This document shows, in pieces, positions 44,888 through 56,800 of a stretch of DNA of 64,000 bases. A model generated the notes under the pieces. It did no database searches, had not been told where the DNA came from, and saw only the letters and a program-made list of their open reading frames with translations. A program made the translations under genes and the position numbers. The number at the start of each line of letters is the position of its first letter. Positions within the stretch are counted from its first letter, which is position 1. The stretch comes from a bacterium (GTDB lineage Bacteria; Electryoneota; Electryoneia; Electryoneales; Electryoneaceae), in assembly GCA_963669175.1 (NCBI GenBank), contig OY769902.1:4576001-4640000 (forward strand), given 5' to 3'.

Positions 44888-45034
44888 GGAGGATCTCCCT
44901 GATAGCGGGATCAAAAAACAGGATCCGTCAGCGTAACATATTACACTGATAATAGATCAAAATACTCAGGTATCGCTTTGTATTCCAGTGTCGGACAACT
45001 GTTTTGCAACTTCGGAACTGGGGAGCTACCACAA

Positions 45035-45248
45035 AATCATCGCGAAAAGGGGACGGGATCCTTTTCCCCGCATCGATATCAAACACTGTGAAAAAGGGGA
45101 TGGAAAAGGAAACTGTACCCTTTTCGGTGTGAGGATTCATCAACTGCTCATCTCACCGGCAAATGGGGACAGCCACCTTTTCGAATTCCTGCATCACGGA
45201 ACAACTCATCACCGCGCAACGAAAAGGAAACAGTCCCCATTTGCTGCC
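45035..45248. repeat. 214-bp direct repeat, copy 2
   Basis: Near-identical to 43443-43657. Confidence 0.92.
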
Positions 45249-45397
45249 AGCGATTGTATCAGTTCTGACAAGTATCCCGACTTGCTCATCTGGCGTATCG
45301 CAAGAGACAGATTCACTATCATTGCCGATATTTCAATAAGATCACACAACACACTCGGCAAGTCGGGCCACACCACCGAGTCTCAACGCACTATAAT

Positions 45398-47971
45398 TCA
45401 GTTGTTTACCTTCACCACCAGCATGGTCAGGTCATCCCCAAGCGGTGTGTCGCCACGGAACCGGTCCACATCTTCCTTGATCAGGGTGATCAGGGTTTCC
45501 GGCGATTCGTTGCGTCGCTCCACCAGGAAATCCGCAAGCGTATCTTCTCCATACATCTCCCCCGTGGCATTCTCCGCTTCGGTGACACCATCGGTAAAGG
45601 TGGTCAGCAGATCCCCTTCCGTCATCTGAAGCTCGCCCACCGCATAGGGGAATTGCGGGACCACACCAAGAAGCGGACCGCCCGTCTCCAGCAGCTCAAC
45701 GTCCCCATTGGCATGAATGAGAATCGGGGGATTATGCCCGGCATTCACATAGTGAAGCTGTTTTGTATCAGGTGTATATATCGCAGCAAAGTAGGTCACA
45801 AACTGTTCGGAGGATGTGGCCCTTGCGACAAGGTTGTTCAGGCGGGTGACAGTGGTCTCGATGGGCAAATCCGCCTCGGACAGGGCACGCAGCGAGGCCT
45901 GTAGATTCGCCATGATCATTGCCGCTCCGGCGCCCTTCCCGGAAACGTCACCGATGGCAAACAGGGTACGACTATCTGACAACGGCACCACATCATAGGT
46001 ATCCCCCGCTACCTCAAGACTGAACTTGCATTCCGCGGCCAGGGAAAGCCCCGGAGTTTCGCCCAGTTCGGAGGGCAGGAAACGACGTTGCACTGTACGC
46101 GCCATGGCGAGCTGTTCTTCCAGCCTGCGTTTCTCCAGGTTATCCTCGATCAGTTGCAGGTTCTCGTTTTCCAAAGCGATACGTTCGGTGATTGACGTCA
46201 GGATATCCAGCTCATCGGCCTTGATTTCGTCGTACCCATATTCGAATCCCAAGGCCAGCGCGCCGACCAGGTCACCGTGCAGCTTGATCGGGATCAGAAT
46301 CGAGACTTCATTTTCCTCGAACCACTGCTGTTCTTCCGTGGAGATGCCCTGTTTTTCAATCGCACGGATTTCTTCGAACGCGAGCGGACGTGGGCGCTTG
46401 ATCAGTTCGCGTTGCGTGGTACTGCCTTCCGGGAGCGCACGGATTTCACCTTCCGACGGATGAAGCTGACGTTGATCCTGGTCGAATAGCAGAACATACA
46501 TGCCTTTCACGCCGATATTGGCGCGCAACTGATCACCGTACGCTTCCCACAGCTCTTTACGATTATGGTATCGTGCAGCGGTGGCGACAAAGCTTTCCAA
46601 CATCTGGCGCAGTTTCCAGCGGGTACGGAAGATGCGTTTCTCCAGGCGTTTCTGGATAATATTGTGCAGGGGGATGTACAGGACAGCGATAAAGCTCGCT
46701 AACAGCATGATACTGGATTTGCTTTCAATCCCGATAGCATTTACCAGCGACGTTCCGACGATGAACAGGAGTATAAATACGGCGAAAAGCAAGCCGCCGC
46801 TGGTCATCAGGAAGATGATACCACGTTTGATCCGTCCTTCCACTTCGAGCAACCGGTACTTGGTGAAAGCATAGGCAAACCCGAGTGGAATCAGCATCAT
46901 GCTTGCCAGCATCAGCAGGAAACTGATCAGAATCATTGCTTTGGAAGGATCTTCCCCGAGTGCGCTGAAACCGAGGATCGTACCGAACACGGTCATCAGC
47001 ACCATCCCAAGCCCGACACTTTGCAGCAGCACACGGACCTGACGTTTCTCCATCGGATCTTTGCGCGTGGAAACGTTGTTGATCATGACAACGAAACCGG
47101 CAATCAACTGCAATAACCCTATTCCCATGGATATGATAATTGTTGTCGCACTGTACTTTGCAACCATCAGTGAAGTAAAGAAAGCCCCTTGAATGAGCGT
47201 TGGGACAAACACCCCGTACGCCAACAACAGGACCAGCCATTTGCGTTTTTTGTAAAAAGCAGACGGTGACGGAAAGAGAAAAGCCAGGTGCAACCAGAAA
47301 CCGGTACCTAATGCGGATAGCATCAACGCGGGTGTATTGTACGCGGTAAACTGGAAACCGGGCGCTTCATTGGGTGGAATGCCCATTAAGCCACACTTCA
47401 TGCCAATGGTAGAACTCTCAAGGACTACCCCGATCACAACAGCAATCGACAGGATCATCAGGGTCAGCACACGTACCCCGGTATTGGAGCCTTGCTTGAA
47501 CAAGGCCCAAAATGCAACGACAAAAAAGGGTATGGGCAGACAGGCCAACAGGACAAAAATGAAGATCACTTTATCTACAGGAATATTCCGGAATTGAAGC
47601 GTTGTATCCCTGAGTTGACCATCGCGTAACGTGGTTATTGAAACGGTATCATCAGCCGTATGGGCCGCTTTGAATACGGTTTGTACAATTTCCTCATTTA
47701 CCTCTGAGTTATTGACGGCAACCAGCGTATCTCCAATCTGGGGGAGATACCCCTCTTTAAATTCCTTTTCCCGCACATGATTGATTATCCATGTTGTAGA
47801 ATCCGGAGAAGGTTTGGCGTTTGTACGCAGATAGCTTACATCTCGAAGCGGAGTTAACAAGGAAATCGAAGTGGAGAAAGTATACAGCCATTCCGCTACT
47901 GCGTAGACCAATACCAGCCAGACCATAACTTGTATCATTCGGTCAAACGACTTCTTCCACGTGTTCATCAA
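45398..47971 (-). CDS. Membrane sensor PP2C/SpoIIE (RsbU-like) phosphatase with PDZ-like, multi-TM and GAF-like regions
   Basis: EVAGDTYD, IGDVSGKG, YVNAGHNPP, FTDGVTEA, GDDLT; many hydrophobic helices. Confidence 0.92.
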   Translation of the reverse strand: MMNTWKKSFDRMIQVMVWLVLVYAVAEWLYTFSTSISLLTPLRDVSYLRTNAKPSPDSTTWIINHVREKEFKEGYLPQIGDTLVAVNNSEVNEEIVQTVFKAAHTADDTVSITTLRDGQLRDTTLQFRNIPVDKVIFIFVLLACLPIPFFVVAFWALFKQGSNTGVRVLTLMILSIAVVIGVVLESSTIGMKCGLMGIPPNEAPGFQFTAYNTPALMLSALGTGFWLHLAFLFPSPSAFYKKRKWLVLLLAYGVFVPTLIQGAFFTSLMVAKYSATTIIISMGIGLLQLIAGFVVMINNVSTRKDPMEKRQVRVLLQSVGLGMVLMTVFGTILGFSALGEDPSKAMILISFLLMLASMMLIPLGFAYAFTKYRLLEVEGRIKRGIIFLMTSGGLLFAVFILLFIVGTSLVNAIGIESKSSIMLLASFIAVLYIPLHNIIQKRLEKRIFRTRWKLRQMLESFVATAARYHNRKELWEAYGDQLRANIGVKGMYVLLFDQDQRQLHPSEGEIRALPEGSTTQRELIKRPRPLAFEEIRAIEKQGISTEEQQWFEENEVSILIPIKLHGDLVGALALGFEYGYDEIKADELDILTSITERIALENENLQLIEDNLEKRRLEEQLAMARTVQRRFLPSELGETPGLSLAAECKFSLEVAGDTYDVVPLSDSRTLFAIGDVSGKGAGAAMIMANLQASLRALSEADLPIETTVTRLNNLVARATSSEQFVTYFAAIYTPDTKQLHYVNAGHNPPILIHANGDVELLETGGPLLGVVPQFPYAVGELQMTEGDLLTTFTDGVTEAENATGEMYGEDTLADFLVERRNESPETLITLIKEDVDRFRGDTPLGDDLTMLVVKVNN

Positions 47972-48177
47972 CCGGCTCCTTGTGTACTATCGCGAGTAGT
48001 GAAATGGATCACTTCACGATTCCCCAGGTTCAACATGCTGCATCATTATTTCTTTCCAATGAGATTCACAAATTCTCGAACCATGCCATGGTACGTATTT
48101 TAATACCAGCATAACAATTGTTGATTACGAATATGACTGTTAACTTTTGCAAGATTCATACCCCAACCGGAGAAGGC

Positions 48178-48855
48178 ATGAGCAGCTACTACCTGGACCT
48201 GTCAAAAATATCCCTTGTAGCGTTTCAACAGGAACTTGCCACGGGCGAACTGATGTCCGGCAGACGTGTGCTGAAAGAGGAGATTGACGACCGCTTTGAC
48301 ATACTCGAAAATACCGGGATCACCACCCTTCAAGACCTTGTATCGGCGGTGAGTACGAAGAATAAAACAGAAAGCTTGGCAACCCAAACCGGCATTCCTT
48401 TAGAGTACCTCGTTGTATTAGGACGAGAGGCCAGGAGTCGTGTTCCCAAGCCCGTTGCCCTGGCAAAAATACCGGGGAGCAGTCCTGATGAGATAACCAT
48501 CCTGGCGGCCAATGGAATAAAGAATACCAAGCAGTTGTTCGATCAAGCCGCAGAAAAGGCCAATCGTGTCCATCTTGCCAGACAAACCGGCCTGCCTGAA
48601 CCTGTGCTACTGAGTTGGGCACGCCTGGCTGATTTTGCACGCATCAATGGTGTCGGCCCGGTCTTCATCCGTATCCTGGCCGAAACGGGGATTCCTTCCC
48701 TTGACGCCCTGGCGAAGATGGATGCAGAGAAACTATTCAACGAGGTAAAAATCACCTATTACCACCTGGGTTACACCAATGCCAACTTCACGGTCAAAGA
48801 CATGGCGATGTGCATTGAAATAGCAGCACAATTGCCTCATACATTGGAAGAATAA
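48178..48855 (+). CDS. DUF4332 (HhH-like) domain protein
   Basis: LARQTGLP...WARLADFARINGVGP...LAETGI; probable start ATG 48178. Confidence 0.8.
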   Translation: MSSYYLDLSKISLVAFQQELATGELMSGRRVLKEEIDDRFDILENTGITTLQDLVSAVSTKNKTESLATQTGIPLEYLVVLGREARSRVPKPVALAKIPGSSPDEITILAANGIKNTKQLFDQAAEKANRVHLARQTGLPEPVLLSWARLADFARINGVGPVFIRILAETGIPSLDALAKMDAEKLFNEVKITYYHLGYTNANFTVKDMAMCIEIAAQLPHTLEE

Positions 48856-48932
48856 AGGCTTTCCGGATTAGCATTCTTAAGGTCTGATCGCGTATGTTTG
48901 AAAATCAGGCCATTTTTAGCGAGGGAATCAGG

Positions 48933-49748
48933 ATGCGTAAAAAAGAAGCGTTGACTGGCTGGCGATACCGTCTGCACGAAATCATCTTCGAGGCAGATAC
49001 TCCCGCAGGCAAAGCTTTTGATATCGCGCTGATCCTGGTCATTATCCTCAGCACCCTGACCGTAATGCTGGAAAGCGTCGGTTCGATCAACGCCCACTAT
49101 GGCAAGTATATCCGCATTACAGAATGGGTAATCACCATTCTGTTTTCCGTTGAATACATCTTGCGGCTTATCTGTGTCGGACGTCCGGCTCGCTACGCCT
49201 TCAGTTTCTTTGGTGTGGTTGATCTGCTGGCAGTCATCCCAACCTATCTCTCACTGGTTTTCCCCGGCGGTCAATACTTTGCTGTCATTCGCGCCCTGCG
49301 CCTGCTGCGCGTGTTCCGTGTCCTGAAACTGGCTCTTTATCTGCGTGAAGGTGAAGTGTTGTTGCGTGCACTGGTGGCCAGCCGTAGAAAGATTATCGTC
49401 TTCCTGTTCGGTGTGATCACCCTTGTCTTTATGCTGGGATCTGTGATGTACCTGGTGGAAGGTGCGCAGTCCGGGTTTACCTCGATACCACGTTCCGTAT
49501 ATTGGGCAATTGTAACCCTGACCACTGTTGGTTACGGTGACATAGCGCCAGTCACACCACTTGGCCAGTTTATCGCAGCGATCATCATGATCATGGGTTA
49601 CGCCATCATCGCCGTACCCACCGGGATCGTGTCGGTTGAACTTGCACGGGAAGCGCGTGAGGTTTCCACACAGGTCTGCCCTTCCTGCCTGCGTGAGGGC
49701 CACGATCCCGATGCGGTTCATTGCAAATGGTGTGGTGAGAAGCTGTAG
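48933..49748 (+). CDS. Voltage-gated potassium channel family ion transporter
   Basis: S4 RALRLLRVFRVLK, filter TTVGYGD, C-terminal CxxC...CxxC. Confidence 0.93.
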   Translation: MRKKEALTGWRYRLHEIIFEADTPAGKAFDIALILVIILSTLTVMLESVGSINAHYGKYIRITEWVITILFSVEYILRLICVGRPARYAFSFFGVVDLLAVIPTYLSLVFPGGQYFAVIRALRLLRVFRVLKLALYLREGEVLLRALVASRRKIIVFLFGVITLVFMLGSVMYLVEGAQSGFTSIPRSVYWAIVTLTTVGYGDIAPVTPLGQFIAAIIMIMGYAIIAVPTGIVSVELAREAREVSTQVCPSCLREGHDPDAVHCKWCGEKL

Positions 49749-49801
49749 AATAAAAACGCCTCCCGGATGGAAGGCGTGGAAAAATCGATGCTGGAATTCT
49801 C

Positions 49802-50209
49802 TTACCGCAGCGTCATCATCTGCTCTTCATCCATTACCTGCCATTGTGATTCATTGAAACCGACAATGACCAGGTGCAGCGGTCCGATCTCAGGTGCAGA
49901 GGTGGTAAAGGCCTGCTGTAACTTGTCACGGAACAAATCCTGATGTGCGATGATCTGGCTTTTTGGAACCTGACGCGAAACTTCGCTAACCGCTTCATCC
50001 AGTTTCGCCAGTGTCTTGCCGTTGACCGCTGGCGCATCCGGCGCGATCATCAGCAATACCACATCCAACGCTGTGGCGTCTGAATAACGAATCTGGTAAT
50101 CGAGCTTGATCGGCGCTTCATTATGCGTCATCTGCATGGAGGCCGAGCAACCCACGGAAAAAACCGCGGCTATCGCAGCAAGCAGCACGAAGTGCATGAT
50201 CTTTTTCAT
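49802..50209 (-). CDS. Hypothetical lipoprotein
   Basis: MKK signal peptide with SVG-C lipobox; GGAGG RBS. Confidence 0.75.
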   Translation of the reverse strand: MKKIMHFVLLAAIAAVFSVGCSASMQMTHNEAPIKLDYQIRYSDATALDVVLLMIAPDAPAVNGKTLAKLDEAVSEVSRQVPKSQIIAHQDLFRDKLQQAFTTSAPEIGPLHLVIVGFNESQWQVMDEEQMMTLR

Positions 50210-50270
50210 GATTCGGCCCTCCAGTCTGGTTCTGCGGCGAGGCGCTTTCCCTCACCTGATATAAATATAT

Positions 50271-50680
50271 CGCTAACACTGTCCTAACACAAGTCTAACA
50301 ATCCAAACAACACTCCCCCATCTTACTGTTCTACAATAAGTTAGTATATACTATTGTTAGGACATTAATGAGTGCTTGACAATAACAACACGAGTAGACT
50401 ACCCCACAATCAATTATTATTCAACCACTTAGACCTCTAAGACAAAGATTATTTGGCTAAACCCTTTGGCCCCCAACGACAACTTGTAACTCTGACACTT
50501 CTGCTGATCCTGTTTTGTTAGGATTGTGTTAGCGTATGATTAATAGCGGGTTAACGATTTCCGGTAATCCTTCGTATTACACCCTCATGGGCTTTCTGAT
50601 CATTTTCCTAACAATTCAAAAACAGAGACCGGTATCCGAAAATCCGTCTCTCTTTCACATACTTTAGCTGAAGCCTAACA
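50271..50680. repeat. Array of CTAACA/TGTTAG hexamers in a divergent intergenic region
   Basis: CTAACA at 50273, 50284, 50295, 50608, 50675; TGTTAG at 50355, 50516, 50527. Confidence 0.65.
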
Positions 50681-50844
50681 TTCCTCACCCGATGCTTCGC
50701 CGGATACTTTACAATTTCCTTCTGATATTAATAGGTAAGAGCACACCCGGGGGAGGAGCTCCCGGTTTGCTGTCTGCATACTGGGTTCGTACCTTACAGG
50801 ATTGCTTGCTGACCATTTTTTGTTGCAACTACGAGGATAGCACC

Positions 50845-53538
50845 ATGAGGTACGTGTGGCCAATTCTGCTTGGTCTGGTCATCGCTACATCTGTTTGGGC
50901 AGGTGTGCCGAACCGCGACTACGTTGATGGCGTTTTACTGGTCCGTTTTGCGGATGATGTCGAGATTCTTTCCAGCACTGACGGCAGTATGACCGTCGGT
51001 GATGCTACGATTGATCACTTGCTCAAGCGTTTTAATGTAAAGTCCTGGGAGCCTTTCTTCGGTCCCTACATCATTCAGAACGAAGAGTATCGTTACCAGA
51101 CCCGGAATGACATCAAGTTCTGGTTCCCTGAAGGTAGCGACATGGAACTGATCACTGCCGAGTTCATGCAGAGTGAATTTATTGCGTACGCCTGCCCGGA
51201 TTTACTGTTCCGTTGGAGTTATGAGCCCGACGATCCGAGTTATGCGTCCCAGTGGTGGCTTCGTTCGATTGACGCGCCGGACATCTGGGATTACACCAAA
51301 GGCGAAGCGACTATCCTGGTTGTTCCGATCGACTCCGGTGTCGATTTTAATCACCCTGACCTGATCGACAACATCTGGGTCAATCCGGGTGAAGATCTTG
51401 ATGACAACCACTACCCTGTCGATACGCTGATGGGCTTCACCGACCTGCCCGGTACATCCGGTGACTGGGACCAGTTGGACAATGATGGCAACGGTTTCAT
51501 CAACGATTATATCGGCTGGGACTGGGTAAACGGCGCCAGTGATGCACATCCGAACGAGGATGGCTCCACGCCGGACAACAACCCGATGGACTTCGGCGGC
51601 CACGGCACCGGCGTGAGCGCTGCTATGGCTGAAGTCGGCGATAACGGTATTGGTGGCGCAGGTGTCGCGTACAACTGCAAAATCATGGCGACACGTTGCG
51701 GCTATTCGGATCGTGACAACAATGGCTACACCCAGTTGAGCGCAGCGGCAGCAGGACTCGCTTATGCGGTTGACAATGGCGCAACCATCGCCAACATGTC
51801 TTTCGGCGGCTATTCCCAGACCACATTTATGGACAACGCCTGCCAGAATGCCTGGAACAATGGCATGCTCCTGTTTGGAGCGGCAGGCAACGAAGCTGTA
51901 AGCAACATGAGCTACCCGGCCAACTACGATAATGTCATCTCGGTAGCGGCTGTAGATAACAACGGCGCACGTTCCTACTTCTCCAACTGGGGCAACTGGG
52001 TTGACATTGCCGCCCCGGGTGAAAGCTGCTTTACCGCATGGTTTGACGACACTTATGACACCTGGCAGGGCACGTCGGTAGCCAGCCCGATCGCAGCCGG
52101 TGTCGGCGCCCTCGTCGCAGGCTGGTATCCCAATGCCACTAACAGCGAGTGGGCCAACTATGTTATCAACACCACCACAGAGCTGAGCACTGATCATCCG
52201 GTCGGCTCCGGACAGGTGAACGCATACAACGCAGTCACCCAGTTCTACTGGCCGCAACTGACCATCGAAGAATGGTCCATGAGTGACCCGGATGGGAATG
52301 GTCACCCGGATGTCGGCGAAGAAATCGAAGTCAGGCTGACCGTATCCAATGAAGAAGGCTGGCAGGATGCCCTGCTGGCGTCTGCACGGATTGATTTCTC
52401 CCGTGCCGGTGTAAACTTCGGCAACCAGGAAATCCTGCTGGGTAACATTACCGGCGGTAGCGAAATTAACAACAACAGCAACCCGCTTACATTTACCGTT
52501 CCCGCGGGTGGCCTTGACGGCGAATTCAACATCTTCACGTTGACCGTTACCAGTATGCCGAACGATTACGAAATCGGCGTTTCCCAGAAGCTTATGCTTG
52601 GCACCCCGGAAGTGTTGTTTGTTGAAGATTGCGGCAACACGAACCTCGGCGACTTCATTGCAGAAAATCTGGATGCGAACTGGTACAACTACTACCGTTG
52701 GGATACAAACGAACTGGACAGTTCTCCCAGCGCTGATTACCTGCAGGACTATGACCTGGTGATCTGGATGACCGGTAATGAGACAGATCCCTTTACCACT
52801 GCTGATCAGACAGCCATCCAGACGGCCATGGACAACGGCGCAGACTTCTTCATCTTTGGTCAGACCATTGATGAACAGCTTGCCGGAACTGATTTTTATG
52901 CCAACTATCTGCATGCTCAGAGTACCGGCGAAACTGCGCAGGCCGCCCTGGCAATGATTCCTGATGCAGGTGGGCCTGACATCCCGGATGGTCAGCTTGT
53001 GCTGGTCGGCCCCGGTGGCGCTGGCAACAACAACAACCCGGACCCGATTACGCCGGTGAACGGCGCTGTTGCAAAGGCCACCTTCTTCAACAGCACGAAT
53101 GCCGGTATCATTTACTACGAAGGTAACGACACAAAGCTGGTCTACTGCCCCTTCGCCTTTGAAGCGATCAGTGGTGCCAACAACACGCTTACCCGTAGTG
53201 AGACCCTACTCGCGATCATGGAATGGTTTAACATTCAGGATACGCCTGAATTGAGCAGCGAGACGGTCATCCCCAGTTCCTGGGCGATCGAATCGGTGTA
53301 CCCGAACCCGTTCAACCCCAGCACCACCATCCGTGTCGCGGCTCCGGCTTCCGGAGATATGCAGGTACGCGTGTTTGACCTGCTGGGACGTGAAGTGGCG
53401 ACCCTGTTCAACGGTCGTGTGAATGCCGGTATGCACAACTTCACCTGGCAGGCCACCAACCAGGCCGCCGGTGTGTACTTTGCCGTCATGGAAGCCAATG
53501 GACACCGTGCCGTCAGCAAACTGACACTGGTCAAGTAA
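50845..53538 (+). CDS. S8 serine peptidase with T9SS-type C-terminal domain; paralog of 33850-36573
   Basis: IDSG / GHGTGVS / GTSVASP, AAGN; YPNPFNP...AGVYF; probable start ATG 50845. Confidence 0.92.
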   Translation: MRYVWPILLGLVIATSVWAGVPNRDYVDGVLLVRFADDVEILSSTDGSMTVGDATIDHLLKRFNVKSWEPFFGPYIIQNEEYRYQTRNDIKFWFPEGSDMELITAEFMQSEFIAYACPDLLFRWSYEPDDPSYASQWWLRSIDAPDIWDYTKGEATILVVPIDSGVDFNHPDLIDNIWVNPGEDLDDNHYPVDTLMGFTDLPGTSGDWDQLDNDGNGFINDYIGWDWVNGASDAHPNEDGSTPDNNPMDFGGHGTGVSAAMAEVGDNGIGGAGVAYNCKIMATRCGYSDRDNNGYTQLSAAAAGLAYAVDNGATIANMSFGGYSQTTFMDNACQNAWNNGMLLFGAAGNEAVSNMSYPANYDNVISVAAVDNNGARSYFSNWGNWVDIAAPGESCFTAWFDDTYDTWQGTSVASPIAAGVGALVAGWYPNATNSEWANYVINTTTELSTDHPVGSGQVNAYNAVTQFYWPQLTIEEWSMSDPDGNGHPDVGEEIEVRLTVSNEEGWQDALLASARIDFSRAGVNFGNQEILLGNITGGSEINNNSNPLTFTVPAGGLDGEFNIFTLTVTSMPNDYEIGVSQKLMLGTPEVLFVEDCGNTNLGDFIAENLDANWYNYYRWDTNELDSSPSADYLQDYDLVIWMTGNETDPFTTADQTAIQTAMDNGADFFIFGQTIDEQLAGTDFYANYLHAQSTGETAQAALAMIPDAGGPDIPDGQLVLVGPGGAGNNNNPDPITPVNGAVAKATFFNSTNAGIIYYEGNDTKLVYCPFAFEAISGANNTLTRSETLLAIMEWFNIQDTPELSSETVIPSSWAIESVYPNPFNPSTTIRVAAPASGDMQVRVFDLLGREVATLFNGRVNAGMHNFTWQATNQAAGVYFAVMEANGHRAVSKLTLVK

Positions 53539-53564
53539 CGCTTCCCTTTCTGCCTTGATTATTC

Positions 53565-53590
53565 AACCCGGCACGATTTCGTGCCGGGTT
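53565..53590. repeat. 26-bp palindrome/terminator, copy 1
   Basis: aacccggcacgatttcgtgccgggtt; identical at 61532-61557. Confidence 0.9.
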
Positions 53591-53841
53591 TTCTTCTGGT
53601 AGAGTCCAGTCCTGATTCTGGTTGCCACTCGGCGAAAAACCTCCTTATGATCAACCACATTACACTCATGCGCTATTCAGGCATCTGACAACCGGCGCCT
53701 CCCTTTGTGAGAAAAGGACCGAATATACATTACAAATCTCTTCCCTATCCCCAGGAGTATACAGGTTGAAAAATGATTCAGAAGGATATAGTTTATGTAA
53801 CTGAATATGATTTGCTTTGAGACTTGGGCGTGAGGATACAT

Positions 53842-56800
53842 ATGCGCGGGCTGACTCTGAAGATTGTCTTTTTCTTTTTCCTCCTCACAGGTAGTATAAA
53901 AGCTGAAACGATGGTTTCAGGAGCTATAAGCGGCATATGGAATGTCGCTGGCAGTCCCTATATTCTTACCGGTGATACGGTATACGTTCCTGCTGATTCT
54001 GCACTTACCATCATGCCAGGGGTGCAAATAGAGTTTTCTATTTGCCGGTGTTTTTTAGTATATGGCCACCTCACTGCTTCGGGACAACCTGACCAGGAAA
54101 TTATCTGGAATTTCGAGAATGATACTACTTTCACATCCGCACTGGAGTTCTCTTCTTCCACGCCGGACACCAACCAGCTCTCTTTCTGCCGTTTTATAAA
54201 TGGTGGTCGAATACTTGGCAAGGGCGAAAATGAATGTAATGTTTCCATAGAAAATTCTACCTTCGACGAGTTGGGATCAACAGTACACATTTCTTCCAAC
54301 GACAACACGAGTTTACGAATTAGCAATTGCAATTTACGCTATGGCACATTTTATTTATCATCAATTTTTAACGGCTCCTTATCCTTGATAAATAATATTA
54401 CTCAAGGATCTTACGATTCTCTTTCAATATTCATTACTTCCCACTACAATAGCCAGCTTCTTGTGCATAACAACAACTTCTACGTAGGCCAGATAACCGT
54501 TTCCTCATGTAGTAGTGGCCAAATAACTGAGAATATTGTTAATTCCATATCCCTTTTAAATTGTTCTAATATCCTAATAAACAATAATTCACTACACCAA
54601 TACTCTTTGTCAAACTCGGAAAACATATTAACAACCGATAATTTATTTCTAAATCCATTCCAGTCGGACAATATCATTATTAATCCTCTTGTTCAAATTA
54701 ATAACTCTTCTTTGGAATTTTACGATAATCATAATGTGCCTACATGTAGTTTTATAGACATGTTTTCAACTTCTAACATTTCTTACAATAGCTTTATTGG
54801 AACAATTTATTTTAGCAGTTATCATGGCCCTTTTTTCAACAATACGATTGTACTATCAGACTATTTTGACAATCTTCTTACTCAAAATATTATAACATGC
54901 GATGAATCTAGTACTCTTGATATTTGGAATACTATCATTGTTGGCAAATTGGGCGGAGCTACTTCTTGCGGAATTTCTGCCTTAGACCGCTCTAACCCTG
55001 ATATTAGAAATTGTTGCTTCTATCGATTGGACCGAGAAGTCGAGGGCGATACTTGTCTTAACTCGATTTCAGGAAATCCATACTTCGTCAACGAGGATGA
55101 ACGCGACTTTAGTTTACAGGCAATATCACCATGCATTGATTCCGGCATTCCTGTTCCTGGTCACACTGACCCGGATGGTTCAAGTACGGATATTGGCGCT
55201 TTCCCGTTTGACCATACACAAGACCATTCTCCCGTTTTGGTTTCCAGAAAAAAAGTTCCTGCGATCAAGAGCGAGCTATTCCGCTATACTGCTGTTGCTT
55301 CAGATGATGCCGAAGCGCTACAGATAGAGTTCGCACAATATCCCATCTGGCTGCAACCGGAGGTCTATGCATCCGAACTGGACGCTGTTATTGACTCAGC
55401 CGTTATCAGCGGAATTGTGCCTAATAACGCTACTGACTGCAGCATACTGGTAACCATAACCTCAAGTGACACTGAGTCGGTTCAATGTTGGGTTGATCTG
55501 CGAATTTTTGAAGATGAATTGGTCGGCCCTCTGTCAGGCTATCTCCCATGTGCTGATGCTCCGTACTACCTTGCCGGTCCCGCCTGGATCTCGCAATACG
55601 CGACGTTTGAGATTGAAGCAGGAACTCGAATTGAAGTTGCTGAAACAGACAATCTTACTTCCCCTGCTGCGATTTCCTGTTATGGCAACTTGCTTTTCGA
55701 TTGCTCTTCTACAGACAGTATTGTGTTTTGTAGTTTTGCGGACAATGCAGATATCAAGGCTTGGAATGGAATATCTTTTCACAATCAGAGTGCTTTATCA
55801 ATTAGGAATCTTGTAATCAAAGATGCTTCACTTGGCCTCTCTATCTCTTCAGATAGACGAGTCAATATTGATAATAGCAGCTTCTCCAATTGCTTTTTAG
55901 CTGTTGACATTTCTACGCCCGATAGCGCCACATTGAACAACTGTACATTATCTTCTTGCTTTAATGGACTCTCTGTTCTATCAAATGGACCTGCTGCAGT
56001 TGCTTACTCTGCTTTTTCACACATCAGCAATACTGCTATTTCTATCAATACAGGTTCTGTATCATTCTGTTCTTTTTCAAATAATTACACCAATATCTGC
56101 ATAAATAGCGATTCTCATTCTGGTTATTACTATACTGTTTCCCTTATTAACAATTCTTTTAGATATTCTTACATGGATTTACTAATTTTTTCGGATGACT
56201 ATATTGATCATTTTGACATTTTCAACAATTTATTCACTAATTCTTATTATAATCTTAATTTATCTTGTAACAATAATACCTACAATATCTATAATAATAC
56301 TTTCTATACCCCTTCCATCGCCAATAGCGTTTGCATTAATTTTAATACATTTAATTCTATATATATTTCTAACAACATATTCTTTTACGCTAATTCCGGA
56401 TTCCAATCCATTGATTCTTTACCACCTTCAATAGTTGCTAATTATAACCTCTTCTTTCCTTTTCCTTACGATTCTTCCGCTGGTGAAAATAATATTTATG
56501 CAAATCCTCTGCTCTTTTCACCTGAATCTGGTGATTTTCATCTACTCCCTGATTCACCCTGTATTGACAGTGGCAATCCTGATCTTCCTCATGACGAAGA
56601 TGGATCGCGTTCTGATATTGGGGCTATTCCATACGATCCTGACTGGTCCCATTTTACTGATACCGAAATCCTTATTCCAACAGAAGTATCGCTTTCTCTA
56701 TACCCCAACCCTTTTAATGACACTTCTTCTTTATGTTTATACCTTCCTTACAACGCCACAATGACTTATAGTATATATAACATATTAGGTCAAATCGTTT

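Noticed and set aside
43262-45629. Plus-strand ORFs 43262-43831 and 44988-45629 with similar translations
   Set aside because: Similarity comes from reading through the 215-bp non-coding repeats; they overlap better-supported minus-strand genes.
50720-50845. Riboswitch in the S8 leader
   Set aside because: A hairpin is possible but it matches no riboswitch consensus I can recognise.
51202-52914. 570-aa antisense ORF
   Set aside because: Shadow of the strongly codon-biased S8 peptidase gene; no recognisable motifs.
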